Sequence record: SRR20825019_449 | Reading direction: 5' to 3' (one strand) | DNA: 58,730 nucleotides | In this document: one piece after another, positions 29,088 through 37,835 of the stretch | Position numbering within the stretch: position 1 is the first letter of the stretch | Layout: each line of letters starts with the position of its first letter | Notes under the pieces: generated by a model | Told to the model about the DNA's origin: nothing | Databases searched by the model: none | Seen by the model: the letters and a program-made list of their open reading frames with translations, nothing else | Program-made: the position numbers and the translations under genes

Positions 29088-31607
29088 TCAGAAACGACGT
29101 TCGAGAAACAGGCCAAAAGTGCGCGGTCGCGGCGGAGTGACCTGATGGCCTTCAAGCACGGTAAAACTATTGCCGAAAGAGAAAGTATTAGCGCGGGTAT
29201 CAGACAGGTTCTGGGCAAACAGACCCATCTTCCAAATATCGTTCGAAACCTGCAAACGGACGTTCAGGATGCCAAAATCGCCCATTTGTGGGGATTCCGC
29301 TTCATTGAAGGTCAACGCGGATTTACCGATATAGGCATAATCCGCGCTAAAGGCGCCGTCCCACTTCGGGCCCAGGGTAAACTGATACAACAGCGCGAGG
29401 CTGGCCGTGTTTTCAGAGATCGCAGGCAACCTGTCACCCTTGACAGCACCAAGGAAGGCATTGTCTTCGAGAAGTTCGGAATCGTTCCAAAAGAAAGATC
29501 CTTTCAGCTCAAGCCCGTCAAAGGGCGAAACCGCGAATTCCAGTTCATAGCCAACATTCTTTGCGTCACCGACGTTGGTGACATAGGGAAAACCGCTGTC
29601 GCCAATCTGGTCAGACTGAATATCATACCAGCGCACATAGAAGGCGGACATGTTGACTGACAGCCGACGGTCAAACCAGTAGGATTTTATTCCAGCTTCA
29701 AAGCTTATGAGGTCGTCGGACAAAAATTCGGTGACCCGACCCGCCGGAAACGGCTCGTCTGGGTCGGCCGCCACAAGAGCCTCTAGCGGCGTATCGATAT
29801 TCAATCCACCCACACGGTATCCGACGCCCACCTGAGCATAGGTTTGCACCTGATCGGACCACGTATATTGAACGGCGACCTTTGGGATCACCTTATTGAT
29901 CCTCTTTTTTCCATTCACTGTCTGACGTTCGTCGTCCAGGACAAATTCTGAAACATAGTCTAACTTGAGTTCATTACGGGAAAAGCGGGCGCCTGCTGTA
30001 AAGCTCAGCTTGTCTGACGCTCGAAAAATTGCCTCGCCGAAAACGGCAATGTCCTCTGTTGTTTCCGTTCTGTCTTCCCAAAGCGCAAGGCGTGCGTCTC
30101 TGATATCGAAAGCCAGCGCGAGTGCCGTATCCTTTGTCTGCAACCGACGAAGAAAATAGAACCCTGCCAACCATTCAAAACGATGCCCGGGGGCAGACTG
30201 CAGACGTGTTTCATGGCTAAAGGTGTCTATATCGTCCCGGGTGAAGTAAGCCACTGCGTTTTCTGGCTGTATCACCTCCAGAAATTCCTCTACTCCTGCA
30301 AAGGAGGATAGGTCATCCATGATGAAAGCGCTTGGTGGTAGATTTGCCAATTCGTCAAAAAACAATAAGCCTTCACTGGCGTCCGTTGTTTCCTTGACCG
30401 TGCGGTCAATAAGAGCTGTGGCACTAGTGAAGTGCAAACTGCCTATTCTGCCCTTGACCGTCATATTCAAATGGATGAAACCATCCTTGTAAGGTTCAGG
30501 CAGCAGGTTAGCGCGCTGGTTGCGCCCCAGCCGATCATCAAAATACTGGGAATCATCATAGTGAATGGTCTGGTAATTGATACTGGCCTCCAGATTCCAG
30601 CGCTCGTTGATTTGCCACCTTAGCGCCGGGCGGATGCCGAAGATGTCCAAGTTATTGGTATTCTTTTCTGACAGCCCGACGTTATCGATATAGCCTTCGC
30701 GCTGTTCGCCATAGCCCGTTACCCGCAAACCAAGCCGACCAGGAATTAGCGGGTGGTTGACCATAAAATCGAGCTGCCCGCCCAGGCCGCCGCCCTTTGT
30801 GCCTGAAAGTGTCGTCCGAACGCGGGCAGATGTGTCATCCACATCCGGTTTTTTGGTGATGACGCGGTACAATCCACCCATTGAACCGGCACCATAAAGT
30901 GTGCCCTGTGGCCCTCGCACCAATTCGATCCGATCTACATCAAACAGGCGTAGATCCGGGTTTGTATCATTCAGATTTACCGGCGTTTCGTCGATATAAA
31001 CACCGACCATCGCCTGAGTACGGTCAGCGAATGGCCCATCAGACAAGCCACGAACAAAAATCTTGTTTCGGCCCGGGCCCAAATTGGTGGTGGAGACGCC
31101 TGCCAGGTGCGGCGCCAAAGACTGAAAGTCATGAACGCCCAGATCATCCAACACGAGCCCTGAAAGCCCTGACACACTGACCGGCAGATCAAATCCTGCT
31201 GCCGGCCGTTTGACCGCTGTAACCACTAGATCTTCTATAAAATCGGCTTGTCTGGCAGCGTGCCTCGCCACTGGAGCCGTAGGCTGCTGCTGGCTCTGGG
31301 GTTGCGCAGGAACGAAAAGCTGAACTGTGCTATCATCCAAGAACCGGTAGTGAATACCGCTGCCGTCAAGAATTGTCCTCAGTGATGCGTTTCTTGAGAT
31401 ATGGCCTTGCGTCCCGCCTGACATCACACCGTCTAGCTTGAGCCCCGAAAAGTCTATCGACAGCCCAGCTTCCTCGGCAAATTCGATCAGCGCGGTTACC
31501 AGCGATTGCGGCGGCACGTCAAAGATCGTCACTTGGGCATGCACTGGAGCATTGGCCAAAGCCCCTAGGATCAGTCCGAAAAGAACGGCGCCCTGCCGTG
31601 CAGCCAT
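29088..31607 (-). CDS. TonB-dependent receptor with N-terminal STN signalling domain (transducer)
   Basis: FDVPPQSLVTALIEFAEEAG...LDGSGIHYRF STN domain; RGPQGTLYGAGSMGG; PRTFG...F. Confidence 0.92.
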   Translation of the reverse strand: MAARQGAVLFGLILGALANAPVHAQVTIFDVPPQSLVTALIEFAEEAGLSIDFSGLKLDGVMSGGTQGHISRNASLRTILDGSGIHYRFLDDSTVQLFVPAQPQSQQQPTAPVARHAARQADFIEDLVVTAVKRPAAGFDLPVSVSGLSGLVLDDLGVHDFQSLAPHLAGVSTTNLGPGRNKIFVRGLSDGPFADRTQAMVGVYIDETPVNLNDTNPDLRLFDVDRIELVRGPQGTLYGAGSMGGLYRVITKKPDVDDTSARVRTTLSGTKGGGLGGQLDFMVNHPLIPGRLGLRVTGYGEQREGYIDNVGLSEKNTNNLDIFGIRPALRWQINERWNLEASINYQTIHYDDSQYFDDRLGRNQRANLLPEPYKDGFIHLNMTVKGRIGSLHFTSATALIDRTVKETTDASEGLLFFDELANLPPSAFIMDDLSSFAGVEEFLEVIQPENAVAYFTRDDIDTFSHETRLQSAPGHRFEWLAGFYFLRRLQTKDTALALAFDIRDARLALWEDRTETTEDIAVFGEAIFRASDKLSFTAGARFSRNELKLDYVSEFVLDDERQTVNGKKRINKVIPKVAVQYTWSDQVQTYAQVGVGYRVGGLNIDTPLEALVAADPDEPFPAGRVTEFLSDDLISFEAGIKSYWFDRRLSVNMSAFYVRWYDIQSDQIGDSGFPYVTNVGDAKNVGYELEFAVSPFDGLELKGSFFWNDSELLEDNAFLGAVKGDRLPAISENTASLALLYQFTLGPKWDGAFSADYAYIGKSALTFNEAESPQMGDFGILNVRLQVSNDIWKMGLFAQNLSDTRANTFSFGNSFTVLEGHQVTPPRPRTFGLFLERRF

Positions 31608-31616
31608 ACGCCCCGC

Positions 31617-32636
31617 CTACTGGTTGGCTGTAAAGATAATTTCGAAATCAGATACATCCAGATCCAGATCCATGAACCCGGCCAATTGCCGTGCCATCTG
31701 CTCTGCCGTCGAAACCTGAATTACACCAGAAAATCGAATATTGAGATCCGCTCCCGAAGCAAGTCGGACGGATACAGTTGGGAACAGCGCATCAATTCTG
31801 GAGACAACATCAATCAAAGCAGCATCGCGGAACGTTAGCACGCCCCTGGCCCACGCCCCTACAGTTTCGGCTGGCACATGTGCCATCACCGGTTCCGTCT
31901 CGTTTTCATCGAAAATCGCTACAACACCTGGCTCGATCAACAGGGGTGCCTGCGTTGCACTTGCCTCATGGTCAAGCGGCTCAACAGCCACCAGACCATG
32001 GTTCACCGCCACCCGGTCGAAACCCTCTGCCCGGATCACTTCGAACCGGGTCCCCACCACTTTCACTTGTCGATTGGCAGTTCGCACATAAAACGGCCGC
32101 GTCGGGTTCGGCACCACATCAAAGAAGGCACGACCTGCCTCAAGGGTCACCACACGCATATCGTCAGATATGGCGACCGTCATACCACTACCGCCAAACA
32201 GCGACACCCGCGAACCATCAGCCAGCTCGACGGTGCGTACGCTCGCACCTTCCGCCACATACTGGTGCGGCAAGGATGGTTCATCGTAAAAACCGGTGCC
32301 GGGGAAAATAACACCGAAAAGAAGTGCCATTGCCGCAGCAGCAACTGTCGCCAAACGCGGCCAGCCAAGGTTTGCGAACAGGCCATGCCACTTTGGTTTG
32401 CTCTCGACTGTAAAATCCTGAGCAAAGGTAGTTCGCACCACGCCCTCAAGGGCATCAGCCGAACGCATGGCCAAAGCCACCCGCTCGTACGCATCGGCGT
32501 GCGCCGGGTCTTCAAGCAGCCACTCCATATGGCGCTCGATATCCACGTCGGTCACGTCGCCGGATGCCAAACGGGCATACCAATCAGCGGCTGCATCCAG
32601 CACAGCGGGTGGCGTTATGTCATGTCCACTGCTCAT
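31617..32636 (-). CDS. FecR family anti-sigma factor/membrane sensor
   Basis: AAADWYARL, WLLEDPAHADAY, TM helix, LADGSRV, VVGTRFEV, AWARG. Confidence 0.93.
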   Translation of the reverse strand: MSSGHDITPPAVLDAAADWYARLASGDVTDVDIERHMEWLLEDPAHADAYERVALAMRSADALEGVVRTTFAQDFTVESKPKWHGLFANLGWPRLATVAAAAMALLFGVIFPGTGFYDEPSLPHQYVAEGASVRTVELADGSRVSLFGGSGMTVAISDDMRVVTLEAGRAFFDVVPNPTRPFYVRTANRQVKVVGTRFEVIRAEGFDRVAVNHGLVAVEPLDHEASATQAPLLIEPGVVAIFDENETEPVMAHVPAETVGAWARGVLTFRDAALIDVVSRIDALFPTVSVRLASGADLNIRFSGVIQVSTAEQMARQLAGFMDLDLDVSDFEIIFTANQ

Positions 32637-32662
32637 GGTTTCATTCTCTCATACATCACTAT

Positions 32663-32689
32663 AACGGAATGAAGGACGGAAGCCCTCCA
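32663..32689 (-). promoter_or_regulatory. ECF-type promoter motif, copy 2
   Basis: Minus strand TGGAGGG-CTTCCGTCCTTCATTC-CGTT, 26 nt before the fecR-like gene. Confidence 0.75.
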
Positions 32690-32718
32690 ACCGACATTCA
32701 TCACTGTGTTGCGCGGGT

Positions 32719-33291
32719 TCATTGTCGCTGGCTCCTCGAAATGGCCAGCGCCTTAATGGCCCGGATCATATGTTTCTCGATCGTACTCTTGGGAATACCG
32801 GTCCGCTCGGAGATTTCAGCGTGGCTCAACTCCTCGAACCGGTGCAGCAAAAATATCTGCCTAGTCTTCTTCGGCAACTCTTCCAGAGCCTGCATCGCCG
32901 CGGCCAGCTCCTGCTTGGCCACCAGCGCACGCGAAGGGTCTACAGACACCGACGCACTCATATCATCATCCGCGCCAGCCGTATTAGCCTTGCCCCAAGC
33001 GTCCTCTCGCGCTGCGCGGGCGTTGCGCTCGCGCACCTTATCGATCACGAGGTTAGCAATGATACGAGCCAGAAGGGCCTCTGGTGAAGCAGTATTAGCC
33101 ACATCATACTTATTCTGGAACCTGATGAAGGCCTCTTGAACAATTTCCTCGGCTTCGGCATCATCCTTCAGGCGTGCTGCCGCAAAACGAATCAACGGAC
33201 CCCGCTGCAGGCGAAAAAGTTCCTCCAGTGACCTGCCCCGTACCGTGCTCGCCTGCGGTTTGTCTGTTTTTAATTTCGCCCAATCAAACAT
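32719..33291 (-). CDS. FecI-like ECF sigma factor
   Basis: EAEEIVQEAF, IIANLVID, LPKKTRQIFLLHRFEELSHAEI...STIEKHM. Confidence 0.93.
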   Translation of the reverse strand: MFDWAKLKTDKPQASTVRGRSLEELFRLQRGPLIRFAAARLKDDAEAEEIVQEAFIRFQNKYDVANTASPEALLARIIANLVIDKVRERNARAAREDAWGKANTAGADDDMSASVSVDPSRALVAKQELAAAMQALEELPKKTRQIFLLHRFEELSHAEISERTGIPKSTIEKHMIRAIKALAISRSQRQ

Positions 33292-33363
33292 GCCGGAACC
33301 TTAGCCGATTGCCCCCTGCCAGAAAAGCACCTGAATGCCATTACAAAAATATTTCAGAAAGAT

Positions 33364-33390
33364 TGGAGGTACATAGCCGGCAGGTCCGTT
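33364..33390 (+). promoter_or_regulatory. ECF-type promoter motif, copy 3
   Basis: TGGAGGT-ACATAGCCGGCAGGTC-CGTT, 38 nt before ino1. Confidence 0.75.
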
Positions 33391-33428
33391 TCCCTGACGA
33401 AGCAAATAAAAAGGCCTGGAGTATCCTT

Positions 33429-34574
33429 ATGACAATGCCGAAAAATACCATCAATGTCGCCATCGTGGGCTTAGGGAACTGTGCGAGCTCCCTGGTACAG
33501 GGCGTCTATTATTATGGCACTGAGAAAAACGCAGATGCCTCAGGGTTAATGCATGAAAGCCTAGGCGGCTACCTGCCGTCCGACATCCGCATAACTGCAG
33601 CGTTTGACATTGACCAGCGCAAGGTTGGTAAGGACGTATCCAAAGCCATTTTTGAGGCTCCCAATTGCACAGCCGTCTTCCAGGCGGACATTCCCCATCA
33701 GGGCGTCAAGGTGAAAATGGGCCGTGTTCTGGATGGCTATTCAGATCATATGTCAACTTACCCCGACAAGCGCCGATTCATGCCCCTTGACGCGCCCGAG
33801 CCAACCAAACACGATATCGTCCGCGAATTAAAAGAAGCAAAGGTGGATGTTCTGATGAACTATCTGCCAGTGGGCAGCCAGAAGGCGACCGAATTCTATG
33901 CTGAATGCGCGCTCGAGGCCGGTGTCGCCTTCGTCAACAACATCCCTGTTTTTATCGCTAGCGATCCGGTGTGGGCGGAACGGTTTGAAAAGGCCGGCCT
34001 GCCGATCATCGGCGACGACATCAAGGCCCAGTTGGGCGCCACCATCGTGCACCGTGTCCTGACCGACCTGTTCGCCAAGCGCGGCGTGGCCATGGACCGC
34101 ACGTACCAGTTGAACACGGGCGGTAATACAGACTTCCTAAACATGAAAAACCAGGAACGACTGGAATCCAAAAAGACTTCGAAAACCGAGGCAGTTCAGT
34201 CGGTCGCGGCGCACCGGATCGAAGACGAAAATATCCATGTGGGCCCCAGCGACTATGTGGCCTGGCAGAATGACAACAAGGTTTGTTTCCTGCGCATGGA
34301 AGGCCGTCTGTTCGGCGATGTGCCGATGAACCTTGAACTCAGGCTGTCTGTTGAAGATTCGCCTAACTCGGCTGGTGTCGCCATTGATACCGTCCGCTGT
34401 GCCAAGCTGGCACTCGACCGCGGTAGGGCCGGTGTGATTGAAGGGCCTTCGGCCTTCTTCTGCAAGCACCCGCCCATACAGCACACCGACGATGTGGCGC
34501 GCACCATGACAGAGGCCTTCATCGCTGGGTCTCATATTGAACCGGCGACCAAAAGAATTGCGGCGGCAGAATAA
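33429..34574 (+). CDS. ino1: myo-inositol-1-phosphate synthase (MIPS)
   Basis: GLGNCASSLVQG, YLPVGS, GDDIKAQLGAT, YQLNTGGNTDFLNM, DSPNSAG. Confidence 0.96.
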   Translation: MTMPKNTINVAIVGLGNCASSLVQGVYYYGTEKNADASGLMHESLGGYLPSDIRITAAFDIDQRKVGKDVSKAIFEAPNCTAVFQADIPHQGVKVKMGRVLDGYSDHMSTYPDKRRFMPLDAPEPTKHDIVRELKEAKVDVLMNYLPVGSQKATEFYAECALEAGVAFVNNIPVFIASDPVWAERFEKAGLPIIGDDIKAQLGATIVHRVLTDLFAKRGVAMDRTYQLNTGGNTDFLNMKNQERLESKKTSKTEAVQSVAAHRIEDENIHVGPSDYVAWQNDNKVCFLRMEGRLFGDVPMNLELRLSVEDSPNSAGVAIDTVRCAKLALDRGRAGVIEGPSAFFCKHPPIQHTDDVARTMTEAFIAGSHIEPATKRIAAAE

Positions 34575-34586
34575 CCGTCCCCTGGC

Positions 34587-34740
34587 TGAAGGTATTCGCC
34601 TTACCGCAATGCCCCGGCCGCTCCACCCCTCCCATTAGGCGGTCAGGGCCCTATCCCCTTGTTTGACGGTATTCGCCTCACGCCTTGCCGCAACACCCCG
34701 GCCGCTCCAATCTTCCCATTGAGCGGTCGGGACCTACCCC
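34587..34740 (+). repeat. Two imperfect tandem repeats of about 75 bp, each with a hairpin
   Basis: Units 34587-34658 and 34664-34740 share TGA.GGTATTCGCCT..CCGCAA..CCCCGGCCGCTCCA...TCCCATT..GCGGTC.GG..CTA.CCC. Confidence 0.8.
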
Positions 34741-34758
34741 AAGAAGGAAAAAAGCGCC

Positions 34759-35661
34759 ATGGTCCAAACACCGATAGACGCATCATCCCGGGGCTCTGTA
34801 CTGGAACCGCATCAGTATGGGCGACCAAGTGCGATCGAAGATGCATCCAATCGTTATCTGATCCACCCCCTGTCAGACCTTGTGGTGACCGTTGCCCACA
34901 GGATGGGGCTTTCTCCCAACACAGTCTCATTCATGGGGCTCGCCTGCGGTTTTTTGGCGGCCTTCCTATATTATGACCTGCCTCAGCAGGTCCCAGTTAT
35001 CGGTGGTTTTGTTGCCATGGTTGCCTGGCACGTCCTTGACGGGGCCGACGGACGCCTGGCGCGTCTCACGCGCCGGTCCAGTGCTTTTGGCCGCGTCATC
35101 GACGGCATCTGTGATCATCTTGTGTTTGGCGCAGTCTATATCGCGCTGGCCTTGCACTTGATGGAAACAGGCTATTCTGCACATGTCTGGTGGCTTGTCG
35201 TCGGCGCAGGCCTGTCACACGCGGTACAGGCCGCCGGCTATGAAGAACGACGTCAGAAATACCAGCGCAGGCTGAAGGGGTTAACACGCGCAACGACAGA
35301 ACAAGACATGTTGGTGGTGAACGGCAAAAAATCCACGCTAGCAGCCCTCTATGATGCAGCACAAAAGCTGGTAAGCGGCAACCGCTCAGTGCTTGACGAC
35401 AGGCTCCGCAACCTCCAGACGTCACCGAACGGAAAAAGGTATGCGGCTCACATCATAAGCCAAACTGTACCCATGGTACGCGCTTGGGGCGTCTTGAACG
35501 CCAACAACCGTACCTTCCTGATCTTCGCTTTTTCCTTGTTCGGGCAGCCGGCTTTCTATTTCGCCTTCGAGTTGGTGATCTTCAATTTGGTCTTGGTGAT
35601 CCTGATGATCGCCGAATGGCGTCAGGAAAAGGCGCTGGCGGCTCAATCGCTGCCAAACTGA
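34759..35661 (+). CDS. CDP-alcohol phosphotransferase (DIPPS/PI-synthase-like)
   Basis: SPNTVS and signature LDGADGRLARLTRRSSAFGRVIDGICD. Confidence 0.92.
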   Translation: MVQTPIDASSRGSVLEPHQYGRPSAIEDASNRYLIHPLSDLVVTVAHRMGLSPNTVSFMGLACGFLAAFLYYDLPQQVPVIGGFVAMVAWHVLDGADGRLARLTRRSSAFGRVIDGICDHLVFGAVYIALALHLMETGYSAHVWWLVVGAGLSHAVQAAGYEERRQKYQRRLKGLTRATTEQDMLVVNGKKSTLAALYDAAQKLVSGNRSVLDDRLRNLQTSPNGKRYAAHIISQTVPMVRAWGVLNANNRTFLIFAFSLFGQPAFYFAFELVIFNLVLVILMIAEWRQEKALAAQSLPN

Positions 35662-35662
35662 G

Positions 35663-37126
35663 ATGGGCGCAATCGACGACATAAAAGACATCCTGCGCGG
35701 CGCACTGGCATCTCTTGGCGGCTTTGGTGGTCGCATGCTGGCCCGGCTGGTGCTGATGCTGGTTGCGGGCCACCTCTATGGCGCGGCATCACTGGGGCTT
35801 TTAGGCCAAGTGGCGGCGCTCACAGAAATCATCGCGGCGGCGGCAACCATGGGGCTCAAACGTACTTTACTCGATCTCCTCAGCGGCAAGGAAGCCGAGG
35901 AACAGGCACTCAAAATCATCAAAGAGGCGTTGATGGCAGCCCTGCTGGCGGCCTTTGTGGGCGCCTTCTTGTTGGCTGCCTTGTGGCCCCTCCTCTTTCC
36001 TGCCCCTTCCATGCCCTTGCTGCTGCTGGGCGCCATACCCTCTATCGTCATCGCGGAGGTTGGCGGCGCCGCGATCCGGTTCAAGCGCATCATTCGCTGG
36101 GAAGTGATTGCACGCTGCGTGTTTGAGCCCTGGGGCTTCCTGCTTGGCGCGTTGACCTTTTATTATACTGGCCTGACGGAGACCGGCCTAGTCGCGGCAT
36201 ACGCTTTCTCCTGCGTGATGGCGGCATGTGGCATACTGATCGGCCTTCACAAGGTATTTGGTGCCCGCGCCCTCATTGGGGCTACATTCAACCCGACTGC
36301 CCTTTACCGCATACCGCTCTATAGCCTTCCTGCTGGGATCACAGACATGGGCGTCATGATGTTTCGCCGTCTTGATATCCTTATCCTGTCAACCGTCGCA
36401 GGTCACGACACCACCGGCATCTATTATATGGCGCAACAGATTGTCACCATTCCACATAAGATCCATCAGTTGTTTGATCCCATGATAACCCCTGTGATTG
36501 CCCGGCTACATCATGGGCTAAAACGTGACGTGATTGCCGCTAAGCTAGCGGGCTTCTGCCGCTGGACCTTCACACTGCAGCTGGCGCTCACGGTGCCCAT
36601 CGCCATATTCGGTGACCACCTAATGGCTCTGTTCGGCGATCAGTTCGCCTCAGGTGCAATCGTTCTGGCCTTCCTTTTGTTTGCTGAATTGATGGACGGC
36701 AGTTTTGCACTGACGGAAACCACCCTTCTGTTCGCCCGGCCAGGCCTGCCGCCCAGATTGGTGTCCACCGCGCTTGCAATCGAGATACTGACTGTTGCCG
36801 GACTGGCGTCGCTTTGGGGAGAAACGGGGGCCGCCATTGCCTTCGCCATTGCCATGTCGAGCCTGGCCCTGGCCCGACTGTTTTTTATCAAACAGCAGCT
36901 CGGCATCAGGATCATAGGGGTCCCATTTATGCCACCGATTATCATTGCATTCCTTGTTGGGGGGGGGCTGTTGGCTTTCAGGCTCTATGTCCCTGCCTTT
37001 GCTGCCGACGTTTTTGGCCTTCTTCTTCCTGCCGCCATTTGCTGTTTTCTGCTGTTGGTCAGACTGAAAGGGTTGACGCCCTTGGACAGGGAAGTGGTCA
37101 AGCAATTGCGCTCTGGTTCAAGCTGA
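35663..37126 (+). CDS. Wzx/MOP-family flippase
   Basis: About 14 TM helices; RRLDILILS...GIYYMAQQI, LFGDQF, GETGAAIA. Confidence 0.8.
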   Translation: MGAIDDIKDILRGALASLGGFGGRMLARLVLMLVAGHLYGAASLGLLGQVAALTEIIAAAATMGLKRTLLDLLSGKEAEEQALKIIKEALMAALLAAFVGAFLLAALWPLLFPAPSMPLLLLGAIPSIVIAEVGGAAIRFKRIIRWEVIARCVFEPWGFLLGALTFYYTGLTETGLVAAYAFSCVMAACGILIGLHKVFGARALIGATFNPTALYRIPLYSLPAGITDMGVMMFRRLDILILSTVAGHDTTGIYYMAQQIVTIPHKIHQLFDPMITPVIARLHHGLKRDVIAAKLAGFCRWTFTLQLALTVPIAIFGDHLMALFGDQFASGAIVLAFLLFAELMDGSFALTETTLLFARPGLPPRLVSTALAIEILTVAGLASLWGETGAAIAFAIAMSSLALARLFFIKQQLGIRIIGVPFMPPIIIAFLVGGGLLAFRLYVPAFAADVFGLLLPAAICCFLLLVRLKGLTPLDREVVKQLRSGSS

Positions 37127-37835
37127 TCCAGTCTGACGCCATCCGGTGCATCGCTGGGCTATCAACATCAATCCAGAAAGCGTCTCCAATATCTACACCA
37201 AGAGCACGGCCGTTCTGCGCCAACATGGCCATGCCACCGGATATTGAGAAATCTCCCGTTTCACGGCCTGTCTCACTGATGGCATCAAAAAGCGCCGGGC
37301 CTGCACAGAAAACCCCTGTATCGAAGGCTGTGTAAACGGAAATCTCTTTTCCAATCTCCCTAATGAAAGGGCCCTTCATGCAGACCTTGGTCACATCGTG
37401 CAAGTCGACAAAAGAATTATTCAGGCGCATATCCACCGCAAGCGCAACATCAGTTTTCATAAGCGGGTGGGCCAAAAGCCTATGATACAGCTCAGCCGAC
37501 ACGATATGATCACACATGGCAAGACAGAACCGCTTGCCAGCAAGTGCTTCCCGCGCGGCCAGAACCGACAGCCCATTCGACCGCCGGTAATCGGGGTTAT
37601 GCACCAAGTCGATCTCCCACCCCCGTTGCTGGCGCAAAACCGAAAGGCTTGCTGCAAGGATGTCCGCCTTATACCCCCCGACGACGGTGGCCCGCTTCAA
37701 GCCAGCCTCAAAGGCGGCCTCCAGGGCGTATTCGATCAACGGCTTTCCATGTACCTCCACGAGAGGTTTAAGGTTGCCCTTTGCCCTCAGGCGCGTCCCC
37801 ATGCCAGCGGCCACTATCAGAAGATCCTCAACCAT
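37098..37835 (-). CDS. NTP transferase, IPCT-like (CTP:inositol-1-phosphate cytidylyltransferase)
   Basis: VAAGMGTRL...KPL, NGLSV, MCDH, DVTKV, DTGVF, WIDVD as in the IPCT/LicC family. Confidence 0.85.
   Translation of the reverse strand: MVEDLLIVAAGMGTRLRAKGNLKPLVEVHGKPLIEYALEAAFEAGLKRATVVGGYKADILAASLSVLRQQRGWEIDLVHNPDYRRSNGLSVLAAREALAGKRFCLAMCDHIVSAELYHRLLAHPLMKTDVALAVDMRLNNSFVDLHDVTKVCMKGPFIREIGKEISVYTAFDTGVFCAGPALFDAISETGRETGDFSISGGMAMLAQNGRALGVDIGDAFWIDVDSPAMHRMASDWISLNQSAIA

Noticed and set aside
33174-33428. N-terminal extension of the ino1 ORF in the ORF track
   Set aside because: Overlaps the sigma gene and promoter motif; MIPS homology starts at the ATG at 33429
34587-34740. Tandem repeat (and the 9014-9097 repeats) as CRISPR arrays
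   Set aside because: No regular repeat-spacer period and no cas genes in the window
37738-37759. Minus-strand TGGAGGTACAT...CGTT resembling the ECF promoter motif
   Set aside because: Spacer is 11 rather than 16 nt and it lies inside the IPCT-like coding sequence (VEVHGKPL)
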